Shown here piece by piece: positions 62,092-64,000 of a stretch of DNA of 64,000 bases. This DNA is from Trichosphaerium sp. ATCC 40318. Lineage: Eukaryota > Protista > Tubulinea. The position numbers were made by a program, and so were the translations under genes. Position 1 is the stretch's first letter; each line of letters begins with the position of its first letter. Under the pieces are notes generated by a model that had not been told where the DNA came from, did not search any database, and saw only the letters and a list, made by a program, of their open reading frames with translations. The DNA is taken from assembly GCA_038496445.1 (NCBI GenBank), contig JALMLS010000562.1, positions 124,001 through 188,000 of the forward strand, written 5' to 3'.

Positions 62092-63692
62092 ATGCTGGCT
62101 ATAGTGATAACCATACTTGTTTTGGTTATGCCATGCCATTGTAGCACTGACACTATTGCCAAGCTTAACAGGCGCATTGAAGCAATGAAAAATACTCGCG
62201 TAGCGTACGAAAGAGCTTTGTGGCATACAAGAGATCAATTACGAGAAATGACAGCGTATATCGAGTCAACAATAACAGACAGCGAAGTACGAGCAAAAAG
62301 ACATGTTACAGAGGTATTTAAACTATTTTTTTTGCCATTTCATAACCGAAATAGGTTGATAGACGCTCCAAACTATCATACGTTGAATTCTATCAAGAAT
62401 ACGCCATGAAATCAAAACCAGTAATTATAACCGACTACTCCACATCGTTTTTTGCTTCAGGCATCCCATGGACACGAAATCATATAACTGTACCTTGTCC
62501 CTAACGTATATTTGGTGTTCACACTGTTTAGCGTACTTGTAAAGGCTCTGAAGTTGAAATAAGTGTGCATGACCCAAAAGCAGAAGTACAAAAACTTTCC
62601 CTTTACCTTCTTGCTCTGACGCTTTTTTGCAACTTCTAGATTTGGGCTAAGCTTGCGGAGCACTCAATTATGCCTATTGAGAAGTACATGAAAGAATACG
62701 CGAAGGTAAGGCTTTTTTATCACGTGATCACAAAGTTAAACATAAATTGACACCTTTGCCAAACAGCGAGAAAGTTACAAAGATACAAATGAATTATTGT
62801 ATTTACATGATGTCCCACTACCTTATACTTGCCCTTCACTACTCGATGATTTTGTAATGCCAAAGTACTTTGCCCCAGGTATCTATCATTTGAGAGTACG
62901 TAGCATCTAACTATAGTAGATTTTCTACAAAAGGTTCCTCCAAAGTATGAAGACATTGATGTTAACTATGTAAATTACTGGCCAAGTCTGTATGTTCTTG
63001 TTTTTATCAGTCGCTGCTTTTTTGATTGTCACTAGCTTTGTGGGTCCAAAGGGTTCTCAATCATCACTGCATGTTGATGCTTTTGGTAGTAATTTCTGGA
63101 TGCTGGCACTTGAGGGAAGGAAAGAATGGTAACAGTTAAAATTAAGCCTTGGTATTTATGCATTTAGGAATTTTTTTGCTCCTCAGGATAGACTGTACTT
63201 GTACGAAGACAGAGGTAAATCCTTCTTCAACCTCGACACGTTTTCTCCTCCGCCTGAAGCCAGGCTTTTCGCTAGAACTAAAACTATGCATTGTATTCTT
63301 CAACCTGGAGAGTTACTTGTCGTACCAGGTGGTGCACCTCATCAGGTTTGATTGTTTTTTAAATATTTACTTAACTCGTTCCCTAGGTGAGGAATCTCGA
63401 TGACATAGTTGCCATCGGTACTCTACTCGTATAAATAACGCATTAACAACTCACTAGCTGGTAATTACATTGATGGATCAAACTACAGAAGTGTTGTTTC
63501 TGAATTCGAGTTAGAGGCTCATGCAGGTTCATTTCCTGCTGAAGTAATGTTGGATGAGCTCAGGTAAGCATTCTCATAATATTCTCGTGTATCTAACTGT
63601 CATCAAGGAACCTCGATTTACCCCAACTAATGTCACGTGTACCAAAGGATCTTAAATATGCAGATTTCAAAAAACAACAACCTAGACAATAA
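62092..63692 (+). CDS. JmjC-domain 2OG/Fe(II) oxygenase with signal peptide, spliced
   Basis: N-terminal MLAIVITILVLVMPCHC. PKYE...FVGPKGSQSSLHVDAFGSNFWML.LEGRKEW...LQPGELLVVPGGAPHQ|VRNLDD gives the HxD...H triad. Confidence 0.85.
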
Positions 63693-64000
63693 TACAAACA
63701 AAAGGAAGAACGTATCATTTCGTTGTTCTTTTCTTTTTTTTTGAACAATTATTTTACATGAGATTACAATTAATCTTATTTGGAAGATCTTCAATCTTCA
63801 TATTTGTTGTATCTTGTATCTTTACGGATTCGTGTATATAAAACAGCATATAAGCAGCAGAAGACTCTAACTTTGTTGGATCTGCTGCTCTACATCTGCT
63901 ATCATCAAACAAATAAAAGTTGTCGTCATTCCTTGAAGAACCAGGTCAGCAGAAGAACAAATATTTGAAAAAAAAAAAAAGAAAAATCCACGTGTCATGG

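Noticed and set aside
1391-63692. Stop-codon reassignment explaining the fragmented ORFs
   Set aside because: Short introns explain the breaks, and TAA, TAG and TGA all terminate genes.
7528-63994. CACGTG E-box as a shared promoter element
   Set aside because: It also occurs often in exons and introns, and ACGT is part of the donor consensus, so enrichment cannot be shown by eye.

Overview
Gene-dense, AT-rich eukaryotic (protist) nuclear DNA. It is probably amoebozoan; this is an inference from gene content. Introns are numerous and short (about 30-90 nt), so the ORF track shows only exon fragments. Splicing by eye gives about 26 protein genes: an EXPERA protein, a PPR protein, VPS24, a TLC protein, a dermatopontin-like secreted protein, ERCC6/CSB, golgin-84, a 7TM protein, a PI3K p101-like protein, mL45/Tim44-like, UGDH, a REXO1 N-terminal-only protein, a CX5R phosphatase, CRAL-TRIO, RhoGEF, CWC25, mitochondrial TilS, two Cys-rich surface proteins, RasGEF, a USP24/34-like DUB, CHERP, a helical-repeat protein and a secreted JmjC protein. 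The standard genetic code fits, with genes ending in TAA, TAG and TGA. Observations most worth following up: (1) a ~610-nt, apparently highly structured, plus-strand non-coding region at 47.8-48.4 kb; (2) a rearranged island at 7.6-9.65 kb with LRR relics and a 115-bp inverted duplication that starts exactly at a splice donor; (3) relaxed splice signals, with GC donors lacking exonic compensation and AAG/GAG acceptors; (4) a nine-copy GTVRAPNAGGRA array in a cytoplasmic tail; (5) a p101-like gene whose first exons may be read in two frames. All gene models and RNA folds were made by eye and are unverified.
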